A DNA stretch of 64,000 nt, taken from the human T2T-CHM13v2.0 reference genome, Homo sapiens. The stretch is taken from NCBI RefSeq assembly GCF_009914755.1, contig NC_060930.1, one strand, 5' to 3'. Shown piece by piece: positions 1 through 16,000 of the stretch. A program made the translations under genes and the position numbers. Numbering within the stretch: position 1 is the first letter of the stretch; each line of letters starts with the position of its first letter. The notes beneath the pieces were generated by a model. That model was not told the origin of the DNA, did not search any database, and worked only from the letters and a program-made list of their open reading frames with translations.

Positions 1-14
1 GGAAGCTTCTGGAT
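1..14 (+). promoter_or_regulatory. Heat-shock element (probably truncated by window edge) in HSP90AB1 intron 1
   Basis: GAA(2-4)-gc-TTC(7-9)-tg-GAT(12-14): alternating nGAAn units, one imperfect, in the CpG-rich first intron. Intronic HSEs are an established feature of HSP90-beta. Confidence 0.55.
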
Positions 15-795
15 TCTGGCGCCCCGCCCCAGTGCCCGGATGCTGGGGCGAGGGAGGGTGCACTGCGGCGCCCCCTCCTCGCGTGGTCCTGGCCGACGCA
101 TGTCCGGCAGTGACGAGTGTCGGCCTGGTGGCTACGGCCACCATCTTTCTTGGGTTTGGTCCTGTTCTGTAATTTTGTGCTGTGAAAGGGTCGTGGTGGA
201 GCTTTTGGCTTATCGATTCTTTGTCCGGATTTAATTGCTCCTCCGGTGGGTATCGTATGGATCCCAGGTTATTCCTCCCTGCCCTATGGGGCAGGAGTGT
301 CCCGCCCTTGGACTGGTCTTAGGAACTGACACCTCAGGGGGAGCAGTTTAAAGTTAGTGCCATTTTTATCTTAAACTAGTCACTTTGACCTCCCCCAAAT
401 AAAGAACTGTAGGTAGTGATTTTCACATTTAAATTTGTGTAAGGATTACTTGGGATCTCTAGATACCTGGGTTGGACCAACATTATGATTTTTCTGCCAT
501 ACTACCAGATGATGCTGAGGCTGCTGGTCACCATTCTTTAAGTAGGTGGGTTCTGTGACATTTGGTTGAAGAATATTTAGCTTATTTTCTTTTTCCTTCT
601 GAATTTTCAGGCCTCCCACTTAGTGTGTAGTCTGAGATCTTTAAGAGAATGCATTTTTAGTCTTGGGAAGGGATAGTACTCCGGTTAAACCAGTCTGAAC
701 TCACTGTCTAAGGTCCTGACAAATGATATGACCTTTAGGATTTTTAAACATGGGGCCTTAGTGTTCTTTTGTAATTAATGAGATTTTTATTTTAG

Positions 796-5746
<4,951 letters not shown>

Positions 5747-5991
5747 GTTAGGAGTTCATAGTTGGAAAACTTGTGCCCTTGTATAGTGTCCCCATGGGCT
5801 CCCACTGCAGCCTCGAGTGCCCCTGTCCCACCTGGCTCCCCCTGCTGGTGTCTAGTGTTTTTTTCCCTCTCCTGTCCTTGTGTTGAAGGCAGTAAACTAA
5901 GGGTGTCAAGCCCCATTCCCTCTCTACTCTTGACAGCAGGATTGGATGTTGTGTATTGTGGTTTATTTTATTTTCTTCATTTTGTTCTGAA

Positions 5992-6011
5992 ATTAAAGTA
6001 TGCAAAATAAA
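5992..6011 (+). terminator. HSP90AB1 polyadenylation signals (ATTAAA 5992-5997, AATAAA 6006-6011)
   Basis: Hexamers ~250 nt after the stop, followed by U/GU-rich downstream sequence. Confidence 0.85.
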
Positions 6012-6261
6012 GAATATGCCGTTTTTATACAGTTCTGCTTTCCCTTGTGAAGTGGATGTTATCCTTCCCTAGCTTCTTCATCCCTCCAGCTCTTGCTGTT
6101 TTCATGAGCACAGCAAGTTGAGCTGGTTTTGTAGTGAAAATAACAGAATACCAGTGAGTCTTAAGAGTTCACACACTGAAGCTAAAGGCAGTTTGGAAAA
6201 ACTACCATATAATAATGCCCTTTCAGTCAACCAAAACACAGGACCAAGTCCACTGCAGTAA

Positions 6262-6272
6262 TTTAATTTAAT
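6262..6272 (-). terminator. SLC35B2 polyadenylation signals (two overlapping ATTAAA on - strand)
   Basis: TTTAAT at 6262-6267 and 6267-6272 on +, ~590 nt past the SLC35B2 stop. Confidence 0.7.
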
Positions 6273-6353
6273 AAAATAAAATTATAAGAGCAAAAAGTTA
6301 CATTTCTAAAGTACCAAAACCTGCAACAGGCTCATGGAACAGAGCCTAGGGAT

Positions 6354-6433
6354 CCAGGAGCATAGGAGGTGGTGGTGCTGGGCAGGGCTCTGCATCCCCT
6401 TTCCTCAGCACAGCACCATCTTCACCCTCCTGG
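6354..6433 (-). ncRNA. MIR4647: microRNA precursor miR-4647 (mature ~6401-6423) in SLC35B2 3'UTR
   Basis: 80-nt hairpin with complementary ends CCAGGAG...CTCCTGG. The - strand contains GAAGAUGGUGCUGUGCUGAGGAA, which matches my recollection of miR-4647. Confidence 0.85.
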
Positions 6434-6856
6434 GAAAGCAGCATTGGAGCCTACACCGCTTGTGCTTTTCTCACCAGGGTAAGAAATGCAGGTATTTGCA
6501 GAGGGGAGTGAGTCTGGAAGGTGGCAGAGCACAGCTAGGGCAAGACTTAAGGGAACTTGTGGGAAGAGTTAACTGTGGAACCTACCTATGCTCTCTTGAC
6601 CCCAAACTCCCCAAAACCCCTCACTGAGGACTGTCTACCCCCGGGGCTCAGAATAAACTGCTTACTGGAAGATGGGTGACTTAAGGCAAAAGGGAAGGCT
6701 GCCTCCTGGGCTCCCCAATCCCCTGCTGCAGAGCTGGTCTGTGATACTGAGAAAACACCTGCATTTTGCCCTTTCAGCCAGCTCCCTCAGAGGTTACAGC
6801 AGAAGGGGATGGTGGGAGGGTCCTATTTCACTTCACCCCTCAGGCCCTTTCCACCC

Positions 6857-9561
6857 TCAAACCTTCTGCACAGGAGACTCAACAGGCACAGCCTTCTTTC
6901 CCCGTTGCTTTAGACGGCCCCGCGCGTAGACTCTGAGCAGGAGGGCAGCAAAGACCACAGCCACCCCCAGCCCTCCCACCACAGTGACAGTGTGGCCATA
7001 GAGAAGGCAGGAAAGAAGGATGGCAAAGGCCTGGCGGAGGGTCATGATGATGGTGAAGACGGCAGCCCCAAACTGCCCAATGGTGTAAAAGATGAAGAGC
7101 TGGCCACATGCGGAGCAGATGGAGAGTAGCAGGGCATGGGCAGCAAACTCACTGTGTCGCCCCATGAAGCGGGTTCCCTCCAGTAGGGCCCCCTGTTCTA
7201 GCAGTGAGCCCACTGTGAAGAGGCAGGAGAAGAAATTGACCCCAAACATCATCTGCACCGATGACATCTTATAGGCAAACAGGGCATCCTGCCAGTTTGA
7301 GGTGAAGCTGTCAAAAGCAATATAACCTGCCAGTAAGATGAGGCCTGAGAGTGTGGTGGCTGGGGAGCTGCGGGGCTCTGGTCCGCTGGATAGCAGAAAC
7401 ATGCTGACCCCAATGGAGATGAGGGTGGCTGTCAGGTACTCCCAGTGTTCGTAGCTGCGCCGAGACACAAGCTTTCCCATCAGCATGACAGGGATCACCT
7501 TAGAGGCCTTGGCCAGCACCTGGGTGGGGAAGCTGACGAACTTAAGAGCTTCGTATTGGCACCAGCTGCTAAGCACATTGGACAGGCTGGCAAAGGAGTA
7601 CCGGTACATGGGTGCCCCATGCCGGGGCTGCTTGCAGAGAACACAGGAGAGGCCAGCCACAATCAGTGCCAGCACTCGGTTCATTAGCACCAGGAACTGC
7701 GAGTCCGTAAAGCGCTCACCCGGTGATGTGGCTGTGGCCCCATAGCTGCGGGTCATCACTCTTTCCTGCAGCACACCCCAAGTCAGATAAGACACCTGTT
7801 GGGGAAGGTAGAGACAAAGGAGACAATAAGCAAGATAATGAAAAGGTAGACAAAAATTGACCTCTCTCTCTTCAGGATTATGCCTAAGTGATTCAAAGGA
7901 AAATATACACTTTTTGGTTCCTCTGTAGAAGTTTCTTCTCCCCTCCTAAGTCTGGATTCACCTTGTAGGGAATCAACTGTGTGTGAAAAACCTATTCAGG
8001 GAGGCAAGAACTCTCAGAATTGGGTATCTGTAGTTCAACATGATATTCAAGGTGGAACTAGTACCCACTGCAAAATGCCATGGGGTCAGCATGTTAGCAC
8101 TCTCTCACATGCAGTACTGGGGGAAGGCTGAATGGCTCCCCCACAATTTTATCAGTGGGTTTACAGTATGTGAGACACCAGTGCAGGAAGGAAGTATAAT
8201 AACGGCACAGTAGAAATCACAGAGAATAGGGCAAGAGGAGTCCTCTCTTCTGCACTAGACATCTTGAAATAACAGCATGAACTTTCAGTACCAGTGCTGG
8301 AGAGGAGAAAAGGAAGAAACAAAAGGGCATTTCCCCCAAACACCTCAAAGATGGAGGTGCAGTGTGCCCCTGGGAGGAGGACACGAAACACACCAGCCAG
8401 CAAAGCTCTGGGACTGGTAAAATGGAAACCTTCACAGAATCCCTGCCCACCGGCATCCAACCCAGGAAGAGAGGCTGAGCCCACCTACCCACCTGGAGCC
8501 CTGTGGCACAGAAGAGCAGCTTCAGGGCCTGCCACATCGGGGTGGTCTCTGCCGCCTCTGTTCGGGGCGCCAGGGGAACCTCATCAGAGGCCTTGGGCTC
8601 ATTGCCAAACACACAAGCTTTCACCAGGGGAAAGCAGAGGCCCCTACCTGAAGAAAGCACACAAAGTCAAGCCCCAAATCTTCTCCATAGCACTTCATCT
8701 TCCCCAGAGCAGCCAGCCTGCCCTGCTGTCCGGCCTACCGACCTCCCGCCCTCTCCAAGTCATATCCCGTTTGGACTGCTGGCCAAATACCCTCTTTCCC
8801 GACCTAGCTCACTTCCCCGCCCTTTCTTCACACACCGGTCTCCAGGTAGTTCTTCCGCCTGAAGTACTGCACCAGGAGGTAGCCAGGTACCATAAAGCTG
8901 GCATAGCCAGCAGCATTCACCACAAATCGGAAGAACCATAGCTGGGTCCATGACTCCGGAGGGGCTTCGGGAGTCTCCCCACCTGCCCCTAGGGAGGGGA
9001 ACGCAGCCAGCACCACCACTGCCCACCATCTGTAAGGAAAGCGGACATAAGGATTAGGGCGCAGCTCCTCATCCCCTCCGCCCTCCAGAGGGGACCACAC
9101 TGGAGTAGTGCCCGGAGTCTCCTCCCCGCCCCCTCCGCTGCAGCTCCGGCCCGGACAAAGAGCCTCTCTCTCTCTCTCTCTCTCGGGGAGGGGGTGCGCC
9201 GGCGCTGGCCAGGCAGAGCTTCCTCCCTCCCCGGGGGCGGATCCGCCCCTCTGGCCACACAGGTCTCCTCTGTTCCCTCCAACGCTAGCCGGCTGCTCAG
9301 GTCAGAGGAAGCGCCCCTTCCCCCACACTCCCCTCCAAGATCCGGGACGTCAGGGTCCCCAGCCCCTCCGCCCGAAGCTCCCCAAGGAGCACAAAACCAA
9401 GCCGCAGCTCCCATCCCCGCTGGCTCCGGGCAGCGATATGCTGGCCGACGGCCGAGCAGCCGGGACCCCACCCGGCCCCCGTGCTGAGGCGCGGCAGTCA
9501 CGTGGCCCGGGGGCTCGGTCACGTGAGCTCGCTGCTGCCCTAGCCCCCACCTGGCGTCCAT
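6857..9561 (-). CDS. SLC35B2: Golgi PAPS transporter 1 (PAPST1), 432 aa, 4 coding exons
   Basis: complement(join(6857..7795,8493..8647,8836..9029,9551..9561))=1299 nt, [18 protein letters not shown]...; UAA-transporter multi-TM domain ([24 protein letters not shown]). Confidence 0.98.
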
Positions 9562-9900
9562 GGTCCAGGCCGCGTGGGGTGGAGGGGGAACCGGGGAATG
9601 CGAGTCCCCGGGCCGCGCGCCCCCTGCGCTCCCGCCGCCGCCTCCAGGAGCGGCCAGCGAGCCAGCGGCCAGCGGAAGTGCCGCGCTCTTCCCGCCTCCC
9701 TCCCCGCGGCCCCCTCCGCCCCTGCCGCGACCACGCAGCGCCCCGGGCCGCCGCCGGACCACAGCGCCCCCGCGCGGCCCGGAGGCAGACGCGGCTTGGG
9801 TTCCGGGGACCTGGGCTGCCCCTGGGCGCGGGGAGCCCCAGCCCTGAAGAGGCGCCCGCCCGGCGTGTCCCCTGTGCTTCGTCATCGCCCTTCATAAGCG
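9050..9900. promoter_or_regulatory. CpG island / SLC35B2 promoter and exon 1 (ETS site GCGGAAGTG 9672-9680; E-boxes at 9499 and 9520)
   Basis: Very high GC and CpG density around the first coding exon. Confidence 0.85.
9164..9184. repeat. (CT)n microsatellite, SLC35B2 intron 1
   Basis: About 10 CT units. Confidence 0.85.
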
Positions 9901-10119
9901 TCCCAGAGGTCATGGTGACCATTGCCATCTTGTGGACAGGACATTGAGGCTCTGCATCCCAAGCCGCTCCTCTGTGTTAGTTTCCCCGTTTTCTGACAGG
10001 ATGAAGGTGTCTCCTTGCTTTGTTGGCTGGGTAGTAATTCTGTCCCACTTCCCATGATCTTCGAGGCTCTACATGGCCTCGCCCGCGTTCCTCGCCCACT
10101 CACTCGCCCGCTGTGAAGC

Positions 10120-10445
10120 CCCACTGGCTTGCTCTCAGTTCCTCTAATTCACAGGCTTTCCCCCTAATGCTCTGCCCCCATCCCTTTACTCATCCTTACA
10201 TCCCAGTTGAGATGATACTCCTCAGGCGAGGGTTCCCGGACCACCCAAAGTATGACCCTCTACCGACTCCATCCTTTTCCTTCCCACTATTCTTTTCCCT
10301 TCATAGCACCCACTGCAACTTGGAAAGGCATCTTTATTTGGATGTTTATGCTTTTAACGGCTGTCTCTCTCACTGGATGAGACGCTCCAAGTGGTCAGAG
10401 ACTGTGCTGGTTTATTGCCCCATGCTCTTCATGCCAGCATAGGGG
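10120..10445 (+). mobile_element. L2 (LINE-2) 3'-end fragment
   Basis: CTTCATAGCAC...TTTATTTG...CTGTCTCTCTCACTGGATGAGACGCTCC...CAGAGACTGTG resembles the L2 3' consensus. Confidence 0.55.
10333..10338 (-). terminator. NFKBIE distal poly(A) signal AATAAA (alternatives: AATAAA 10411-10416, ATTAAA 10842-10847)
   Basis: TTTATT/TTTAAT on + strand downstream of the NFKBIE stop at 11370. Confidence 0.6.
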
Positions 10446-11369
10446 TGACCTAGCAGGGCCCTCGAAGGTGAGGAACGGGGGGAAAAACGTGGAGTCAGCT
10501 CCCTCGTGCCCAGCCTCCCTGGGTTACCCTTATCCCCAGGCTCCTCCAGATGGCAACCCCCAGGGCAGTGGTGAGGGCTCCAGGGCGTGTGTCCTCTCAT
10601 TCTTCCTCTTGTCCCTCCATCCCTCATCATTTCCACAGCAAGGACAAGGGTCTGTGCTGGACACAGAGAAAGGCCTGGAACTACTGGCCTCTGACCCCAC
10701 CCAGCAAGGCCCTACCGTGCTCAGGGGACAATTTCCTTCTCTCTGCCTCTACCACAAAGTCACAGGGCAGGCCTGTCTAAAAAGCCCCAATGCACACAGA
10801 CATGCATGCGCGCAAAACAGCTCTAGAAGGGAAAAACTTTTTTTAATGTCTCTGCCATTTTAGTGTCATGTTACTGAAACTTCCCTTCCCCAGTGGCTCA
10901 GTTCAGAGCCTTCTGTGTGAAGTCTTTAAACAACGGTGTTTCAGGGTCCTCAACAGCAATAAGATGGGACACCTCTCAGGGTTCTGCTTGCTCCTATTTC
11001 AGTCTCTTCTCACTCAGGAGAGTCCATGCTTCCTACTGGTTGGCAGTTTCAGGCTGACCCAACATGGGTAAAACAAGAGCACCTGCCATTTTCAAGAGAG
11101 GCAAACAGGCTTCACCCAGGATACCTGGGGCTTTGGGGGTCTTCCAAGAAGCCCTGTCCACCTGGAAAGCTCTTCCTTCCAGACTGGCTCTCTTCCACTT
11201 GCAGTCCCTCCTCCTCGGCTCAGGACTGTACTGGCTGGCCCCAGGCTCTGGCCACAGCAGTCCCTAGGGCACCAGAAGAGCACATAGCCTGGGCCCAAAC
11301 TGCAGCAGTTATGGCTCCGGCTTCCAGATGGAGAGGTGGAGCCCTGAGGATCCCAGACCCTGCCTGGCT

Positions 11370-12976
11370 TCAGTCGGTACACAGCAGCAGTTTCCCTGAG
11401 ATCTTCAGGTCATCAAAGGGCAAAAGGACAAGGGACTGAGAAGGAGAATGGAGAGAAGCAAGATCAGAGGACATGGGAAAAGGTGACTTGGGAAAGGGGA
11501 CCCAGGGAAACCTGTTGGGCCACTCCCTCCCCACCAAATGACAGTTGAAGACCATCAGGGAACAAATCTTCACACGAATCCTCAAAATAGTGGCCCCTCT
11601 GGGCTTGGCAGAGCCCTGAGGACTTAGACAAGCCTTCCTTTTCTAAGATAATGCCAGAATATCCGAGTTAGGAGGGACCCTTAGAGGTGATCCAGCCCAT
11701 GGACCTGGAGTTGTTTGTTGTTGTTGGGGGATGGGGTGGGGGGGCTGCTGGGTACTCGCAGAACATTTAGGTTTCTTTTTTACACTGAACATTTAAAAAT
11801 AGGAAAGACTGTACAGAAAATCTGAGTTTCACCTCTCAAGAAAGTCCAAGACCAGGAAAAACTGGGCCTACACTCCTGCTTTGTAAGCCTTTGCTGAAGC
11901 TGAGTACAGAGACCCTCAGGGATGGCTCTCTGGGTTCTTATAGGCCTCACCACACCATGGTCTCATATCTGGCCAACTTCACTGATTCACTTTAACTGCA
12001 GGGTCCCTGTAAGAGTCCAAATTTGGCTCCTTGGACCAACTAAGGAAACAGGCTCAAGTTCCCACAGTTGGTCAGTGGCAGAGTCCTGGTTATACCCCAG
12101 GACTCCTGGCTCCCTGGCCCTTTCAGCTAATGACAGAACCTCTCTCTGCTATGGGTGTGCAAGGCCCTGGAGAGCAAAGCATATGCCACTTACTTCCTCA
12201 GTCAGGTCCTGGGGCGTCTCATCCTCCACATTCCGCAGCAGGGAGTCAGCACCCGCCTTGCACAGAGTGGATGAGATGCCCATGAGACCCCGGCCAGCTG
12301 CCAGGTGCAGGGGTGTGCACCCGTTCAGCATGCGGGCATCTACCTGGGCACCAGCCTGGAGCAGGAACTGTACCAGGCCCCGCTCTTGGGTTTCCACAGC
12401 CAGGTGCAGCGCTGTCTTACCACTGGTGCCCTCCTGGGGAGGAATAAGGATGTCAGCCAAGGCCCTCAGAGGCAGTGTGCTGGGCCTGGGCTCTGGATAA
12501 GGAAGTGAATGCCACCACTTCTGACTGCTGGGCAGGGGACTTGGGGATGTGTCAGGTGGGGGCAGGCCCTGGGCCAGGCAGTGCTTTGCTGGCTGTCTCA
12601 CCTGCACATCAATGTCAGCTCCATTCCGAAGCAGCAATTCCATGAGTGGTTGGTTCTTCTGAAGGGTGGCAATGTGGAGACAAGCCAGACCTGGGATGGG
12701 GTGAGAGTGAGGGTGAGGGCTGCTGATCTGCATCCACCAACTCCCTCTCTTCTGGGACCTCCCTACCACTCAGCCCCAAGGGACTCACAGCCCACTCAAT
12801 GTCTCTAATCACAAGACTGTTAAAATGCAAACCCCAAAACCCCCTCAAAAGTCTAAGGGGAAAGGGACTCAAAGTTTCCACCTTTTCAGAGTCATGTTAT
12901 TGAAACTTTCATGCTTCAGGGGTCAGGCTGCTGAGTGACACCCCCAAAGAACACCCTCCTCCTATACACAAACTAC

Positions 12977-13029
<53 letters not shown>

Positions 13030-16000
13030 CCTGCCTTCAAGCCCAGTCTGAAAGCCACCTTTTCTGAAAAGCCACCTAAGATCCTCATGCCCCCAGCCCT
13101 TTCTCAGGGGCCGCTTCCTTCTGTGCTCCCCTGGCCTTTTTGCTCTCCTTTCTAGTCTGGACACTCCCGACCCTTGCTTAGTAATAGAGATTTCGATTCA
13201 AATTTACATTCTTCACCTTCCTCAGGGCGCTATTCAGATGTCACTGGCTCCATGAGGCCTTCCCGGACCACCCTATTTAACAATCATATCAACTCTCCTA
13301 CTCCCCACATTCCTTCCTCTCACTCTGCTCTGCTTTTTACTACAGCACTTACTTCCTTTTAACATATTACATAGTTCACTTCTTACATTTATTGCTCATC
13401 TCAATCTTTCTCTATTTTGCACACAGATGCAAGTGTAGCTCCTAGGATAACGTCTGGCACATAGAAAACCCTCAGTACATTTCTGTTGAATGAATGAATC
13501 AGGTCATCTAATCTCTATTAAACTAAGTATCTTAAGGGCAAGATTTAGTTTTCTTCTCAGCAGGCAGTAGGTACTGGTTAAATTCGAAATCAAATCATCC
13601 ATTCATTCATTTGGCAAAGATGTACTGAATATCTATGTGCTTACAGTGGGAGGGGCACCAATGGACAAGCTGGGACCCTCCCTTCCCCAAGAGTGAGGTC
13701 CCTATCTCCTATGCCCTCCTCATCCCACAGGCCCTAAGGGCAGTCTTAAAGACTGTCCACACCTTGCCAGTTTTGCAGCTGGAGGTCCAGAGAGTGAGAT
13801 GTTCCTCTGCCTGGCTCTGGCCGCCCTTCCAGCAGGCAGCGGGCACAGGCCAAGTGCTGGCGCTGGCAGGCCACATGAAGGGCTGTGTCACCATGCCGGT
13901 CCTGTAGTGCCCGGCTGGCCCCCTTCAGCACCAGTGCCCGAACTGCGCCCGGTTGGTCCAGATGTACAGCCAGATGGAGTGCTGTCTGGAGGCACAAATA
14001 GAGGGTCATGGGGCCACTGCAGCATGCTCCCACCTCTGGGAACATGCTTGGGCTCAAGAATCACCAGCTGCCAGCATCTTCTTTGAAAGCAGCTTATAAA
14101 GGCCATAACCTGTTCTTCCAAGGAAATACTACCGAGCCCTTCCCCTGTCACACCCCTCCCCCACCAAGCTCTTGGGATCCCAATTCTGGAAGCAAGGTGA
14201 AGAAAGTAGCTCTCTGCTTTTCTTGTAAGTCACCTTAGGCCCTGGAGAAAGGACATGTAGGAGGAGAGTCTAGCCCCTCACCCTGTGAGGAGACCTCTGT
14301 TACCCCCAGGGGTTAGGCTGCAGGAGGAAAGATAGAGGCACCGGGCAGTCTCTCCCTGGCAAAACTCTCTGTTAGGCTCCATTCAGATGGCATCTCCTCT
14401 GTAAGCCTTCCCTGGCTGCTGCACACAGACACTGGACCCTATAGCAGCTGGTATGTGTCTCTATCACAACTCTTGTCACCAGGCTGTGTATTTAGCTGTT
14501 GATACAAGTCCCCCAGCCCAGGATGCAAGCACCTCAGGACAGAGGCCATGTCTTACTTGGGTCTGTCTCCTCAGTTTCTAGCTCAGTGTCTGGCATATGG
14601 TTTCCTAAGTGAGCAGCCTTTGGACTGGTATGGCTGCTGGGAATGGCTGCCAGGGCACAAACAGGTATCTGGGCATAACATTCTCTCGCCACCAACCTGG
14701 TAAAGGTTATTTTGAATGTCCAGGACCTCCTGGGGCAGCAAAGCCAGGCAACAGAGCAGCACCGCTGGGGCCTCATGAATCACTGCCAGGTGGACCAGCC
14801 TAGGGGAGCAGAGGCGGGGCTTAGAGTTAAGGGCCCAGGCCAGAGGGAGTGGGTTGGGGTCTTGGAGTTAGAAGGAACACATCAAACTTTAACTAGCTAC
14901 CCATAGGGTAGGTCCAGGAAGTGAGAGTGTGGGCCAGGAAGTGAGGGTTGGTGTGGGAAGCCAGGATCCTAGGGTTGGAGCTCCAAGTTCCCACTGCTGG
15001 CCTTCAGGAGGGCCTTGGCTGGGTGGGCATGTGGGCAGGGTGCTGACAGGACAACAGCCTTCCTGTCCAGCCTGCCCACACCCACTCCTCTTTGCCCTCA
15101 GGGCTCTGCCGAGCCAGCTGCAGCTCAAAGCCAAATTGAAAGCTGCCGAAGTAGTCCAGAGGGGGTTTCCAGGGCTAAGCACCCCACCACCCCAGCACAC
15201 AGGAAAGAAGGAGACAGTTGCAGGGTCACCCCGTACCCCCAAGCAACTCAGTGTTACACATTCCAAGGGAGAGACACAGAAACTCTTGGAAGAGGAGCAA
15301 GGAGACAGTGCAGCATCCTGTCCTGCTGCCCTTCCCTGGGAGTCAAGAGGCACCTCTCAGATAGCACAGACCAGGTCGGGCCTAACAGAGGCCCTCCATT
15401 CCTGTGTGCACCTCCAAGAGGAGGTCTTTGTAGTGCAGAAAATGTATTTGTTGAGGGGGCCAAGAACCTTAATCTAGGGGTAATGGGGGCAGTTGGGAGG
15501 GGAAGTTCCAGTCTTGGGGTTTCCCCACGTCAGGTGGGGAAAACGAAAGCCAGTGATGGAGGGTCTAGGCCGGGACAGCTGCCTTGGGGCATTAGTGAGG
15601 GGGGTAGATTGGCTAAAAGGCCCGTCTGGGCTGGGGAGGGGGCTGCTTGGGCAGGAGGGTGGCAGGCTTTAGCAGCAGGCAGCAGGAGAGGCCCAGGAGA
15701 GTGACGGAGGGAGGGAGGAACTGCTCTGGAAATCCCCTAGGCCAGGGCCTGCTCTCTGGGTCACATTCTTGCAGCCACCTCCCTCTCTCCCCCAGTATCC
15801 CCTCCTCCCACTTCCTCTTCCCACTTCCATACCTCCCACAGCCCAGACACCTCCAACAGAGGGAGGAAAGTGCCCCCTGCTCTCTGGGGACTCGCTGGGG
15901 AGCCCGGACATTTCTCCCCTCCACACACACACCCAATCTGGACACAACACCTGCTTCTAACTAGAGATGGAAAAGGCTGGGGCTGAGAGGCTAACAAAAG

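Noticed and set aside
485-520. ATGATT...CTGA box C/D-like pair in HSP90AB1 intron 1 (similar in intron 6)
   Set aside because: Too short, imperfect box C, no terminal stem; no snoRNA supported.
8989-9947. Long ORFs on both strands over the SLC35B2 CpG island, one in frame with MDAR (ATG at 9885)
   Set aside because: Expected from stop-codon depletion in GC-rich DNA; low-complexity G/R/P/A products; upstream ATG probably 5' of the main TSS.
10909-10922. CTTC-TGTGT-GAAG stem-loop considered as a Roquin CDE in the NFKBIE 3'UTR
   Set aside because: Loop is 5 nt and, on the transcribed strand, lacks the Py-Pu-Py triloop.
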